Shown piece after piece: positions 40,474 through 50,147 of a DNA stretch of 64,000 nt. The notes below the pieces were generated by a model. The model had not been told where the DNA came from, searched no databases, and saw only the letters and a program-made list of their open reading frames with translations. Position 1 is the stretch's first letter. The number at the start of each line of letters is the position of its first letter. Origin of the DNA: Candidatus Latescibacterota bacterium (GTDB lineage Bacteria; Latescibacterota; UBA2968; GCA-2709665); contig OZ242358.1 of assembly GCA_965208835.1 (NCBI GenBank), forward strand, positions 3,680,001 through 3,744,000, read 5' to 3'. The position numbers were made by a program, and so were the translations under genes.

Positions 40474-41364
40474 CTATCCACGCCAATCCATATCGATGCT
40501 GGTGTAGCCATGCGTATATTTCACTAAATGGTCCGGCAGATTCTCCAGAAACCATCGTCCGGACTGAGGGATTTCCCATGGAACATCGATACCGTGCCTG
40601 CGGTCCCGGAAACCGACGCCACACGACAGTCTCGGCTCTTGCAGCCGGTTGGGAAACGCGCCATGGTACGTCCGGTGGGCAAATACGATCATATCACCGC
40701 CATCTGTAAACAGAGGCACAAGGCCGGGAACATCAAAACCGGCATGTGGCCGCTCTTCCTCGCCTTCGGGATAAAACGACCGCCTGTCGGCCGTCATCCT
40801 GAACCCCTCGGGACCGTCCCAATCTTTCACGTGGGAGTCTTCGATGACACACAGACCACCATGAACCGGGCGGGACCCCGTCAGGTAAAACCACTTGCCA
40901 GACGGCCACAGACCGCGATTCAACACATCACCCGAATTCCTGATCTCCGTCGAATACCCGCACCAATCCGTATGCCAGGCCACAGGTTGAGACCCCGGCA
41001 TGCGAATGATCGCGGCCGACCGATGTAAGGTGAGATCGTCCGTACCGATCAGATGACGATGAATATCCATGAACGGTTCAAACTCCAGGAGCGACCATGC
41101 TCCGGGCCCGGATTCAACCCACGCATGGCGCGTACTGCTCTGACCCGGTGTCAGCGCGCCGTCCGGATCCGTGCCGTCCCACACCGCCTGTTTGACCTCC
41201 TCAACGCGTTCCGGCGGCAGCACGTGTTTGATGACCGCGAATCCATGCGCCTCCAGGCATTCGCTCATTGCGTTCAGATCCCCTGCGTCAAACTCATACT
41301 GATATCCGGTGTCCGGCTTCATCACGTGTGAATAATCGTCCATCGCTATGTCGCTTTCGTTCAA
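40474..41364 (-). CDS. PhyH-family Fe(II)/2OG dioxygenase with canonical HxD motif
   Basis: HGFAVI, AWHTD, GGLCVIEDSH, GDMIVF..TYHG..PN...R. Confidence 0.85.
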   Translation of the reverse strand: MNESDIAMDDYSHVMKPDTGYQYEFDAGDLNAMSECLEAHGFAVIKHVLPPERVEEVKQAVWDGTDPDGALTPGQSSTRHAWVESGPGAWSLLEFEPFMDIHRHLIGTDDLTLHRSAAIIRMPGSQPVAWHTDWCGYSTEIRNSGDVLNRGLWPSGKWFYLTGSRPVHGGLCVIEDSHVKDWDGPEGFRMTADRRSFYPEGEEERPHAGFDVPGLVPLFTDGGDMIVFAHRTYHGAFPNRLQEPRLSCGVGFRDRRHGIDVPWEIPQSGRWFLENLPDHLVKYTHGYTSIDMDWRG

Positions 41365-41454
41365 CGTTCATTTCGCCATGCCGGTTTACGTGCCGACCTT
41401 CACGCCGTCGCACGACGGAATTTCAACGTGTCGGGAGACCGGGCTGACAGACTC

Positions 41455-42264
41455 TCAATCCCCTACGGAGGTTCGCATCATTGGATCTTTCGATCCCAGA
41501 TAATGGTCCAGCGTATTCCGGGTTGCCGGCCGTGTACGGAAATCGGCGATCCACGGCTCACGAAAATAAGCCTGTTTCTCTCGCGGCAGACTGTCAAGTA
41601 CGTCCGGAGGCACATTCAGCCGGTGCCAGTGCGTTGCCAGGTGCGAATAGGCGTGAAGGACGGCAATACGCGGCGTATCCCGGGTCCATTCCGGCCCGGC
41701 GTGGCACACGTTCTCGGTGAAAAATACGGCGCTTCCCGCGGGGCAGGCATATCCCATCAGATACGGGCTTCGCTTACCCGGCTCCATCGAAAGGTGCTCG
41801 GGATGCATGTCAAAATTCGCCTTATGGCTGCCGACGATGAAGTGCGTGCCCCCGTCTTCCGGTTGCACCTCCGTCAACTCGAAGACCACGCGTACCATCC
41901 CGGCGTGAATCCGTCCGTTCTGACAGCGGTATCCGAATATCGGATCGATCTGGCTCGGCCCTCCACCGTGGAGGCCGCCGCCGTGGGACTCCCCTTTCTT
42001 ACGCCATACGCAGTAACAGCCTTCCATTCGAATCTCGGGCCCGATAATCTCTTGCAGGACCTCCACGACCTTCGGGTGATCGATCAGAACGCTCGACGGT
42101 CCTCCCGGGACCGTACGATGTTCCGGCGGCAGTGCGCCGGGATCATGCACGATGCGATCGATCTGCTCGACGATGGATTCGATCTCATGCTGATTCAGAA
42201 TGGCCGGTCGCACCAGAAAGCCCGTCAGATCGAAACGAAACTTCTCTTCATCCGTCATGCCCAT
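41455..42264 (-). CDS. PhyH-family Fe(II)/2OG enzyme, H-G-G variant
   Basis: KFRFDLTGFLV, LHGGG, GGTHFIVGSHK, AGSAVFF.ENVCHA..W, PRIAV; start ATG 42264 with GGAGGA. Confidence 0.85.
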   Translation of the reverse strand: MGMTDEEKFRFDLTGFLVRPAILNQHEIESIVEQIDRIVHDPGALPPEHRTVPGGPSSVLIDHPKVVEVLQEIIGPEIRMEGCYCVWRKKGESHGGGLHGGGPSQIDPIFGYRCQNGRIHAGMVRVVFELTEVQPEDGGTHFIVGSHKANFDMHPEHLSMEPGKRSPYLMGYACPAGSAVFFTENVCHAGPEWTRDTPRIAVLHAYSHLATHWHRLNVPPDVLDSLPREKQAYFREPWIADFRTRPATRNTLDHYLGSKDPMMRTSVGD

Positions 42265-42461
42265 CTCGATTCCTCCGCAGTATGGTTCGCTGTTCGCCCG
42301 CCCGCCTGACCGCAATATATGCAAACGCCGGAAGCCGACAAACTCACTTCGCAGGGTCCCCACCCGGATCCGGAAAATCCTTTCCGGGAGGTACGCAGAT
42401 GTTATCTTGTCATCTGACGGGAAGGTTGGAAAGGGTACTCGGGAACAAAGGAGGAGGCGGG

Positions 42462-44975
42462 ATGGGCGACTCCGATAAGCAGCGATGGATCCACCCGGCT
42501 GGATTCGTGGACGTGGCGACCCTGGAGGAGATCAGGCGAAAAATCCGATCCCGCGACTGGGCAAAGAAGGCCGCGCAGGAATTGCACGCCAGCGTGCAGC
42601 CGTGGCTCGAGCGGCCCCTCGAACAGATCGAGTCGCTCATGCCGAAACGAAAGATGCAGGTTTACTGGCTGCTGATCTGTCCCGTCTGCCAGGAAAGGCT
42701 CAGGTTTGAACCGTTCAACGACCGGGAAGCCACCTGCCATCGGTGCGACATTGCCCATGCGCTTGATCAGCAGTCCACGGCGGTACATCTGACCGGCAAG
42801 TATTCAGGGACCCTGTACGAAGGCTGGGGCTGCTCCTACATCCAGGCAATGGCGACCACGGCCCAACACCTCGCACTGTTGCATGCACTGGGTGCGGACC
42901 GCTCGTACGCCAAACGGAGCGCCGGCATTCTGAATCTGTTCGCCAGACACATTCAATCGCTGCCCGTACAGGGGAGCGGCACCCAGCATGTGATCTGGAC
43001 CTACAACATGGAGGGCGACTGCGTCATCGTACTCGCGCTGTCGGAAGCATACGAACTCCTCAGGTCCACGGACGGGCTCTTTACCGAACAGGAACACTTG
43101 CGGATTCGGCAGAATCTGCTCCGGCACTGGGTAGACGCGGTCTTCCGTGTTGAAGAGGACAGCAGCCCGCGCCACAACGGCATGTTCGCCTATCTCAGTT
43201 CGGTCGCCATGGCCGGCTGCGCCATCGAGAGTACGGATTACGTGGACTGGGCGTTCGGCCACCGGGATTACGCTTCCGAACGGCGCCCCGACCACTGCGG
43301 CATCCGCTGGCTGACGCGCAACAACTATCTGGCTGACGGAGGCTTCTGGGGCCTATGCAGCGCGTACCACCTGTATGCCCTGGGTCCGAACTGCCGCGCG
43401 CTCGTACTCGGCCACAGGCTCTCGCGTCAGATGCCGGACCTGTTTCCCCCGGAAGTCTATGACGAACTGAACCCCGCGAACAGCAGTTACCGCGCCGTGC
43501 GCCGCGCCATCAAATGGTTCACCGCGCAGGCATTTCCTGACCTGAGCGTAGCGCCGACGGGAGATATGGGAGGGCGCGCCAGCCTTGCCAGCTATCCGCT
43601 CACCGCCGAAATCGGATATCGCTATCTGGACATCGACGAAACGGGATCGTACCGCGTGCTTCGGGAGGGTGACCGAGGACTGACCGGGCTTCTCTTTGGT
43701 GCGGACACAATCGAGAAGAAACCCGTACCCTACCGGAGCGTCAATCTCTCCAGCGGGTACGCGGCATTGAAACGGGAGGCCGGCGGAAACCGCTTGTACG
43801 CCGGATTGAACGCGCTCCTTCCGGGCTCCGGACACGCGCACGCGGACCGGCTGAATTTAGTCACCTACGCGCACGGCCGGATGCTCACGGGCGAGAAGCG
43901 CACCCGTTACGAAGATCCCGCTCAACGTATCTACAGCGGTGCTTCATACGCCCACAACACGGTAACAGTCGACGAAATATCCCAGGTTCACGGAGACCAG
44001 CTTCGGAATGAGCAGGTCCCGCTCATCCACACGTTTGTCGATCTCCCGGCGGGCGAGGTGGCCGAGGCCCACGGCGACCGGGTGTATGGGCAGACCGGCA
44101 TCTACCGTAGAATCCTGGTCCAGTTCGACGCGTACCTGCTGGACATCTTCCGTGTTCAGGGCGGGAATATACACGATTGGTTTTACCACGGAATCGGAGA
44201 GGAGCCGCGGGTCGGTCTTGCGATGACGGAGAAGAGCGGATTCGAACCGGCGGATTATGTCACGCGAGGCCAAACGGAATTTCGTGAGGGGCTTGCACAG
44301 GAGACGTTTGCGGCGACCTGGCGCGTACCCGCGGAACCCGGAGCAGGAAACGGCGCGAACCGGCACGACGCATTCAGCCGGGTGACAATGTCAGGTTCGC
44401 CCGGGCAGACCGCCTTTCTGCTGAACACCTATCCCGATCCGGGAAGGCACAGCCTGATGGTTCGCCATCGGGAGACAGACGCACCCTTTGTGGCCGTCCA
44501 CGAGGCCTACATCGAAAAACCGGTTGTCTCCGACGTTCGGACGCTTTCGGGGAATGCGGCGGCGGTTGTCCATGTCACTCACGCCGACGGCGGCAGCAGG
44601 CAGGCGATCTACGAGACCGGCTCGGGGCCGGATGATCTCAGGATGACGGGTCGCTTCGCCTCGATTGCCCACGACGCCACAGGGCGTCCGAGAAGCGTCA
44701 TCATGGTCCACGCGACAGAATTCAATTGCCGTGGGATCCGTTTGCGATCGGAACGGCCAGTGACGCTATCGGCGGTATTCGACGGTGACACGATCCGAAT
44801 GGTCTCCTGTCCACCGGTGGCCTATCAGACGCTGGAAGGCGAACCAGTGTACAATACCGGCCCTGATGTCGACGTCAGTATCAAACTCGCGCCCGACGGC
44901 ACGCGAACGGGCAGGGAAATTGAAGCCAGGCTGCCGGGACAGACGGGGAGCGGACCGATCTGTATCGAGGTGTAG
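42462..44975 (+). CDS. Heparinase II/III-like polysaccharide lyase (no obvious signal peptide)
   Basis: HNG, DGGFW, GHAHADRL, AHNTVTVDE, YRR, LLDIFRVQGG..HDW.YHG; RBS AGGAGG. Confidence 0.8.
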   Translation: MGDSDKQRWIHPAGFVDVATLEEIRRKIRSRDWAKKAAQELHASVQPWLERPLEQIESLMPKRKMQVYWLLICPVCQERLRFEPFNDREATCHRCDIAHALDQQSTAVHLTGKYSGTLYEGWGCSYIQAMATTAQHLALLHALGADRSYAKRSAGILNLFARHIQSLPVQGSGTQHVIWTYNMEGDCVIVLALSEAYELLRSTDGLFTEQEHLRIRQNLLRHWVDAVFRVEEDSSPRHNGMFAYLSSVAMAGCAIESTDYVDWAFGHRDYASERRPDHCGIRWLTRNNYLADGGFWGLCSAYHLYALGPNCRALVLGHRLSRQMPDLFPPEVYDELNPANSSYRAVRRAIKWFTAQAFPDLSVAPTGDMGGRASLASYPLTAEIGYRYLDIDETGSYRVLREGDRGLTGLLFGADTIEKKPVPYRSVNLSSGYAALKREAGGNRLYAGLNALLPGSGHAHADRLNLVTYAHGRMLTGEKRTRYEDPAQRIYSGASYAHNTVTVDEISQVHGDQLRNEQVPLIHTFVDLPAGEVAEAHGDRVYGQTGIYRRILVQFDAYLLDIFRVQGGNIHDWFYHGIGEEPRVGLAMTEKSGFEPADYVTRGQTEFREGLAQETFAATWRVPAEPGAGNGANRHDAFSRVTMSGSPGQTAFLLNTYPDPGRHSLMVRHRETDAPFVAVHEAYIEKPVVSDVRTLSGNAAAVVHVTHADGGSRQAIYETGSGPDDLRMTGRFASIAHDATGRPRSVIMVHATEFNCRGIRLRSERPVTLSAVFDGDTIRMVSCPPVAYQTLEGEPVYNTGPDVDVSIKLAPDGTRTGREIEARLPGQTGSGPICIEV

Positions 44976-45016
44976 GATATCGCCGGACCGCTCGCGAGGA
45001 TCCGCTCATCAATGGC

Positions 45017-45182
45017 TATCAGTCCGTTGATGAAGTCGCTCTGCAGGCGAGGCCGAGCCATTGTGGTCGAAGACAAGGCGCGCAACCGAGTCCCATCCTG
45101 CGATTCGGCGAGGGCGCGCAACGCCGTATTTCGACCGCAAGGGCCGGCCGTAGCCCGGATGGGCTTTTTCAACGGGCTGTTA
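45017..45182 (+). mobile_element. MITE family A, short (166 bp) copy between convergent genes
   Basis: TA-TCAGTCCGTTGATGAAG...CTTTTTCAACGGGCTGT-TA. Confidence 0.85.
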
Positions 45183-45215
45183 TTGCGGCCCAAATCATGC
45201 CGAACAAGACGGCAC

Positions 45216-46184
45216 TCACTTCCGCTTTCCGCTGGCGTCCGCAATTTTCGGGCTGCCCGGCCCCACCGCGTTTCTCACCGCGAAATAGTCTTCGCGGGAC
45301 AGGCGCCGCCCGCCCGCCCCCACGGCCTCGGCAATCTGATCCGGCGTCTTGATTCCAGAGATGGCCACGTGAATCGCCGGATGCATCAAGGTGGCGGACA
45401 ACACCAGCTGGTAAATCGTCAGTTCGTTTCGTTCCGCGATCGGCCTCAGGCTTTGCACCTTCGCACACAATTCCCTGAACCGTTCTCCGCTAAAATCGGG
45501 ATGATTCATCCGGAAATCGTCGAACGTCTCTCCTCCGGTGTATTTCCCGCTCAGCAGCCCCTTGTGCATGGGCGAATAGATCATCACCCCCACATTCTCC
45601 GACTGGCACCAGGGCAACAGATCGTTCTCTCCGGCCGGATCGATCAGGCTGTACGGAGGTTGGACGACGTCGTACCTGCCGAAACGGCGCTGCGCCCGGC
45701 ATTGTTCCACCGTGTGGTTGCTGAGACCGTAACACCGAATCTTGCCCTGGTCGCGAAGTCTTTCCAGCGTTCCAGCGATATCGGCAAGCGGCGTCAACGG
45801 GTCGTACATGTGCAGCAGATACAGGTCGATTGTCTCGACCCCCATCCGATCGAGCGACACGTCGCACCGCGCTGTTATGTGTTCGGGCGAAAGATCGGGA
45901 TACCGGGAGCCATCGGGATTGAAGTGGTTGAACACCTTGGTTGCCAGCACGAGTTCGTCCCTCGGCAGATCCCTTACCACCTCGCCAAGTACGGTTTCGG
46001 CGTAGCCGTCGCCGTAGGCCTCGGCCGTATCGAAAAAGTTGATCCCGCGATCGAACGCGAACTTCATCGCGGCCATCGCATCGTCTTTCGACTGCGGTCC
46101 CCAGAAACGGGGACTGAGCTGCCACGTGCCGAAGGCGATCGGGGATACCGACAGGCCGCTATCCCCAAGAACAACGCGGTCCAT
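45216..46184 (-). CDS. Aldo/keto reductase
   Basis: VSPIAFGTW, FFDTAEAYG, LATK, IDLYLLH, GLSN, YSPM.KGLLSGK. Confidence 0.93.
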   Translation of the reverse strand: MDRVVLGDSGLSVSPIAFGTWQLSPRFWGPQSKDDAMAAMKFAFDRGINFFDTAEAYGDGYAETVLGEVVRDLPRDELVLATKVFNHFNPDGSRYPDLSPEHITARCDVSLDRMGVETIDLYLLHMYDPLTPLADIAGTLERLRDQGKIRCYGLSNHTVEQCRAQRRFGRYDVVQPPYSLIDPAGENDLLPWCQSENVGVMIYSPMHKGLLSGKYTGGETFDDFRMNHPDFSGERFRELCAKVQSLRPIAERNELTIYQLVLSATLMHPAIHVAISGIKTPDQIAEAVGAGGRRLSREDYFAVRNAVGPGSPKIADASGKRK

Positions 46185-46256
46185 TGCTATTCCTCCCATC
46201 ATCGACGAATTTTCTGGTTCTTTTCCGGAAAAACCTTTAGGGGCGGGGTAGACCCG

Positions 46257-47333
46257 CTAATCGGCTGCGCGGACGCCCGTTTCATCCATCGTCCCGAGTC
46301 CCAGACCCCGCAGGTCCGCGACCGAGTCGCTCTCCTCCGCCTCGTACAGTTTCCAGATGACCTTGAGTCCCTCGAGACTGGATACGGGATCGGTCAATGG
46401 CTTCCGGCCGGTCTCGATGCAATCCACGAAGTGCGCCATTTCCACTTCCGTCGGCTTGGCGTGTTTTTCTTCCATCAATACGATCTCCCGCTGACCGGGA
46501 TCGTGCTCGCCGGGCACGTGTTTTTCAACGTCGCCCAGGTACACGACCCGTCCCGTGCGCAGATGAAGTTCCACCATGCCTTTCTCGCAATGCGCGTGAA
46601 AGGAATAGCCGAGCCGGGTGCCCCTGGCCCCCCAGGTGCCGAAGTGATATCCGAGGATGCCGCCCTCGAACTCCAGGCACACGTTACTGGTGCCCTCTCT
46701 TTCCATCCACGGCGTGCCTCTATTCGTTCCCAGGTGTACGCCCTTCACCGGCCTGCCAAGCATCCACAACATCAGATCGATATAGTGGCAGCCGTGGCTG
46801 AAGAACTGACCTCCGCCGAGCATGCCCGCCCGGCAGTGCCAGCTTTCCGGATCGCGCTGGGTATGCTGCTCGGTCCAGATCGACAACTGGAAGACCTCGC
46901 CGAATGTCCCGCTGTCCACCACTTCCTTGAACTTGAGTATCAGGGGATGAAACCGCATGCAGTAGGCTACCATCAGAACCCGGTCGTTCCGTTGTGCGGC
47001 TTCGATCATGTCCAGACACTCCCGTTCACTGTTGGCCATCGGCTTCTCCACCAGCACGTGCTTGCCCGCATTCAGGCAACGCACTGTAACCGGGTGGTGG
47101 AGATGATGGGGAAGCACTACGAGTACGGCGTCGACATGATCCAGGACCTCCTCGTAGTCGGCCGCAACCACGGGGTCATTGGGAAAGTGTTCGGCGACCG
47201 CCCGCGCCCGCTCGAGATCGATATCCACCACCGCCGCAATCTCCACCCTGTCGAGCACCTCGCTCATCCGGCTGGCATGGGACCGGGCCATGCCGCCGCA
47301 TCCGATGATACCCACCCTTGTTCTTTCTGCCAT
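46257..47333 (-). CDS. Gfo/Idh/MocA family oxidoreductase
   Basis: GIIGCGGMA, HVLVEKPMA, GGG...HGCHYID. Confidence 0.92.
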   Translation of the reverse strand: MAERTRVGIIGCGGMARSHASRMSEVLDRVEIAAVVDIDLERARAVAEHFPNDPVVAADYEEVLDHVDAVLVVLPHHLHHPVTVRCLNAGKHVLVEKPMANSERECLDMIEAAQRNDRVLMVAYCMRFHPLILKFKEVVDSGTFGEVFQLSIWTEQHTQRDPESWHCRAGMLGGGQFFSHGCHYIDLMLWMLGRPVKGVHLGTNRGTPWMEREGTSNVCLEFEGGILGYHFGTWGARGTRLGYSFHAHCEKGMVELHLRTGRVVYLGDVEKHVPGEHDPGQREIVLMEEKHAKPTEVEMAHFVDCIETGRKPLTDPVSSLEGLKVIWKLYEAEESDSVADLRGLGLGTMDETGVRAAD

Positions 47334-47475
47334 TTTCCGTTCCTCCATTTCTGTTCTACCGGACTCAGATTCCTATGGATGCAAACCGCCTGCGGTCCCG
47401 CAACAGTTCGATGTCCCTGTGCGTTGACTCATCACAGGGGAAAATCCCTTGCAGAATGTCCCCGCACAGCGGTCC

Positions 47476-48513
47476 TTACAAACCTTCTCCGCCTTCCCAC
47501 TCGAAGATCACTTTACCCGTCTCTCCGCTATCGAAGATTTCAAATGCCTCTTTCGCCTGTTCAATGGAAAAACGATGGGTCACAATCTCGTCCAGCGGCA
47601 CCGGGTGGGTCTGCAGAAAAGCAACGGCATCGAAATAGGCGCCCATCGAATACACGGAATTACCCCTGAGCGTGAGCTCCTTTCGAAGGATATCCATAAA
47701 ATCGATCTCGAGCGACGCCGCGCCGGCGCCCACGTAGATCACCGTTCCGTGCAGACCCGCGACCGCCGCCGCCTGCGCGCGCGCGATGCCGCTCCCCGAG
47801 CACTCCACGACCCCGGCCGCTCCGTGTCCGCCAGTATGATCCCTGACTGTCTCAACCGGGTCGTTCTCTTCCGCATTGATCACAACCCCGCCGCCGATAC
47901 GGGCCGCGAGGTCAATCCTGAAGCGATTTATGTCCACGCCCAGCGTCCTGTATCCCATCGCCTCGCCCATCAGAAGCGTCGTCAATCCCACCGGACCCAA
48001 CCCGAACACAACAAGCGGATCGCCATGACGTTTCGATACCTTGTTCACGGCGGAAAAGGCCGTCCCCGCGGTGCAGGCAAGTTGCGTACCGACCGCAAAA
48101 GAGACACCATCGGGCAGCGGCATGCAGTACCGGGCCTCCGTGACCATGAAATCCGCGTGGGACCCGTCTCGCGTCCTGCCGAATGCGCCCTGTTCCGGAC
48201 AGAACACCGGCGTTCCGGAGAGACAGACCGCACAATGATTGCACCCGACCGTGTGATAGACACAGACCCTGTCGCCTTCGGACAGATTTGCAACGTCCGT
48301 TCCGACCTCGGCCACGACCCCCGCCGGTTCGTGCCCGGAAATCATCCCTTTCCGCTCCTTCGCCCACTCCCGGCTGCTGTGGTACTTATGGAGATCGCTC
48401 CCACACAGCCCCGCGACTCTCATTTCGATGACCACCTGACCGGGCCCGGGTTCCGGCCGATTAAAGTCTCTGACTTCCACCTCGCTCTCTCCGAGATAGA
48501 CGACGCCCCTCAT
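47476..48513 (-). CDS. Zinc-binding alcohol dehydrogenase (MDR family)
   Basis: GLCGSD, GHE, C..C..C.......C, GLGPVG. Confidence 0.93.
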   Translation of the reverse strand: MRGVVYLGESEVEVRDFNRPEPGPGQVVIEMRVAGLCGSDLHKYHSSREWAKERKGMISGHEPAGVVAEVGTDVANLSEGDRVCVYHTVGCNHCAVCLSGTPVFCPEQGAFGRTRDGSHADFMVTEARYCMPLPDGVSFAVGTQLACTAGTAFSAVNKVSKRHGDPLVVFGLGPVGLTTLLMGEAMGYRTLGVDINRFRIDLAARIGGGVVINAEENDPVETVRDHTGGHGAAGVVECSGSGIARAQAAAVAGLHGTVIYVGAGAASLEIDFMDILRKELTLRGNSVYSMGAYFDAVAFLQTHPVPLDEIVTHRFSIEQAKEAFEIFDSGETGKVIFEWEGGEGL

Positions 48514-48915
48514 ACCCTCACCTCCCGCCGCGTGGCTTCCATTGTGAATGTATCCGATTCAGGCACGGATCAGCGACTCCCTTTCTCGAGATTCCATGGC
48601 ACGCATTTCGACGCAGGGCGGCGGTCTGCGATTGAATTCCCCCGTTTGATTCCCTATCTTTGTCCCCTGCTGTCATGATTCCTAGTAGGAATCGCCATTA
48701 CTGATTTCGGCTGAGGTTCGTCGCGCGCCTGCCTTCCTGAAACGGAATCCTGGCCTGGCGTTCCGTTCCGGAACACTGAGCGGGGCTCCGCCACGGCGCG
48801 AAGGTTATGATACTGCGAAGCCCGATCCTATGCAAGCAGACATTGCGAAGGAATGCCGATAAGCCGGTCGAGTCTCATAAGCGCAGCCGGACACCTTCCA
48901 ACCCTTCCAAGAGCC

Positions 48916-50082
48916 ATGGCCCATACAATCCCTTTAGCCGCAACGCTTTCCAACGTCGAGCCGTCGCGCATCCGCGAGCTGGCCGACGTCGCTTTCGGCA
49001 TGGACGGCGTCTACAAAATGCACTTCGGCGAATCCGATCTGCCCACGCCCCGATACATCAAGGACGCGGCCGTTCAGGCATTGGACGAAGGATACACGTT
49101 TTATACCGAAAACGCCGGCCTGCCCGGACTTCGGGAAGCCCTGGCCGAAAGATACGCCGATATCCACGGCGTGACCCTCGCGCCTGGCGAGATCCTCATT
49201 ACCGCATCGGGCGTCCAGGCCCTGAACGTCTCAATCCGCTGCGTGATCGATCCTGGTGACGAAGCCATCATTCTCACGCCGAATTGGCCCAATGCGACAG
49301 CCATCGTCAACCTCTTTGGCGGCAGCGCGGTTGAGATTCCGTTTATCAAAGACGGGGGTCGCCACACGATCGACTTCGCCGTGGTGGAATCCGCACTCAA
49401 CAGGAAGACAAAACTGCTCGCCTTTACCTCGCCATCCAACCCGCTGGGCTGGGTCGCCTCGATAGACGAGCAGCAGAAACTCCTCGATTTCTGCCGCTGC
49501 AACGACCTCTGGCTTCTCGCGGACGAAGTCTACGAGCACATCTACTACAACGGACCCGTCGCCCCGTCCATTCTGCGGCTGTGCGACCGAAACGACGCCG
49601 TAATCGTGGTGCAATCCTTCTCCAAGACCTATCGAATGACCGGGTGGCGCCTGGGCTGGGTGGTCTCGCGCCCGGACCTGGTTGACAGGGCCGCTCAACT
49701 CAACGAATTCATCGTATCACACGCCCCCGCGATGGTTCAGCGGGCGGGTGAGATTGCGCTTCGGCACAGTGAGTCGAATTTGCACGATATGGTCGATACC
49801 TATCACAAGAGAATTTCTTACTGTTACGATGCCTTGAATTCGACAGCGGGCGTGTCAGTCAGTCCGCCCGAGGGCGCCTTCTATCTCTTTCCCAGCATCG
49901 AGGGCGTCAGTGATTCGTTTGCGTTCGCGCTTGAACTGCTCAATCGACGAAAGGTATCGGTTGCGCCAGGCATCGCTTTCGGCGCAGGCGGTGAAGGTTC
50001 GGTTCGGCTCTGCTGCGCGTCGGACCCATCCGTATTGGAACCGGCAATGGATCGCTTCTGTCGATATATTGAACATCGATGA
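48916..50082 (+). CDS. Class I/II PLP aminotransferase (aspartate aminotransferase-like)
   Basis: SPSNPLG, ADEVY, SFSKTYRMTGWRLG, GAFYLF, APG.AFG. Confidence 0.93.
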   Translation: MAHTIPLAATLSNVEPSRIRELADVAFGMDGVYKMHFGESDLPTPRYIKDAAVQALDEGYTFYTENAGLPGLREALAERYADIHGVTLAPGEILITASGVQALNVSIRCVIDPGDEAIILTPNWPNATAIVNLFGGSAVEIPFIKDGGRHTIDFAVVESALNRKTKLLAFTSPSNPLGWVASIDEQQKLLDFCRCNDLWLLADEVYEHIYYNGPVAPSILRLCDRNDAVIVVQSFSKTYRMTGWRLGWVVSRPDLVDRAAQLNEFIVSHAPAMVQRAGEIALRHSESNLHDMVDTYHKRISYCYDALNSTAGVSVSPPEGAFYLFPSIEGVSDSFAFALELLNRRKVSVAPGIAFGAGGEGSVRLCCASDPSVLEPAMDRFCRYIEHR

Positions 50083-50147
50083 AGATTCGCTGCTACCCCG
50101 ATTGTAGGACCTGCAGGTAGCGAGGCAATCCCGAACAGGAGAAACTC

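Noticed and set aside
45012-47669. 885-aa ORF on the + strand
   Set aside because: It is antisense to clear aldo/keto reductase and Gfo/Idh/MocA genes, starts at a MITE, and has no recognisable motifs; a shadow ORF caused by GC-rich codon bias
47449-48678. 409-aa + strand ORF
   Set aside because: Antisense shadow of the zinc dehydrogenase gene
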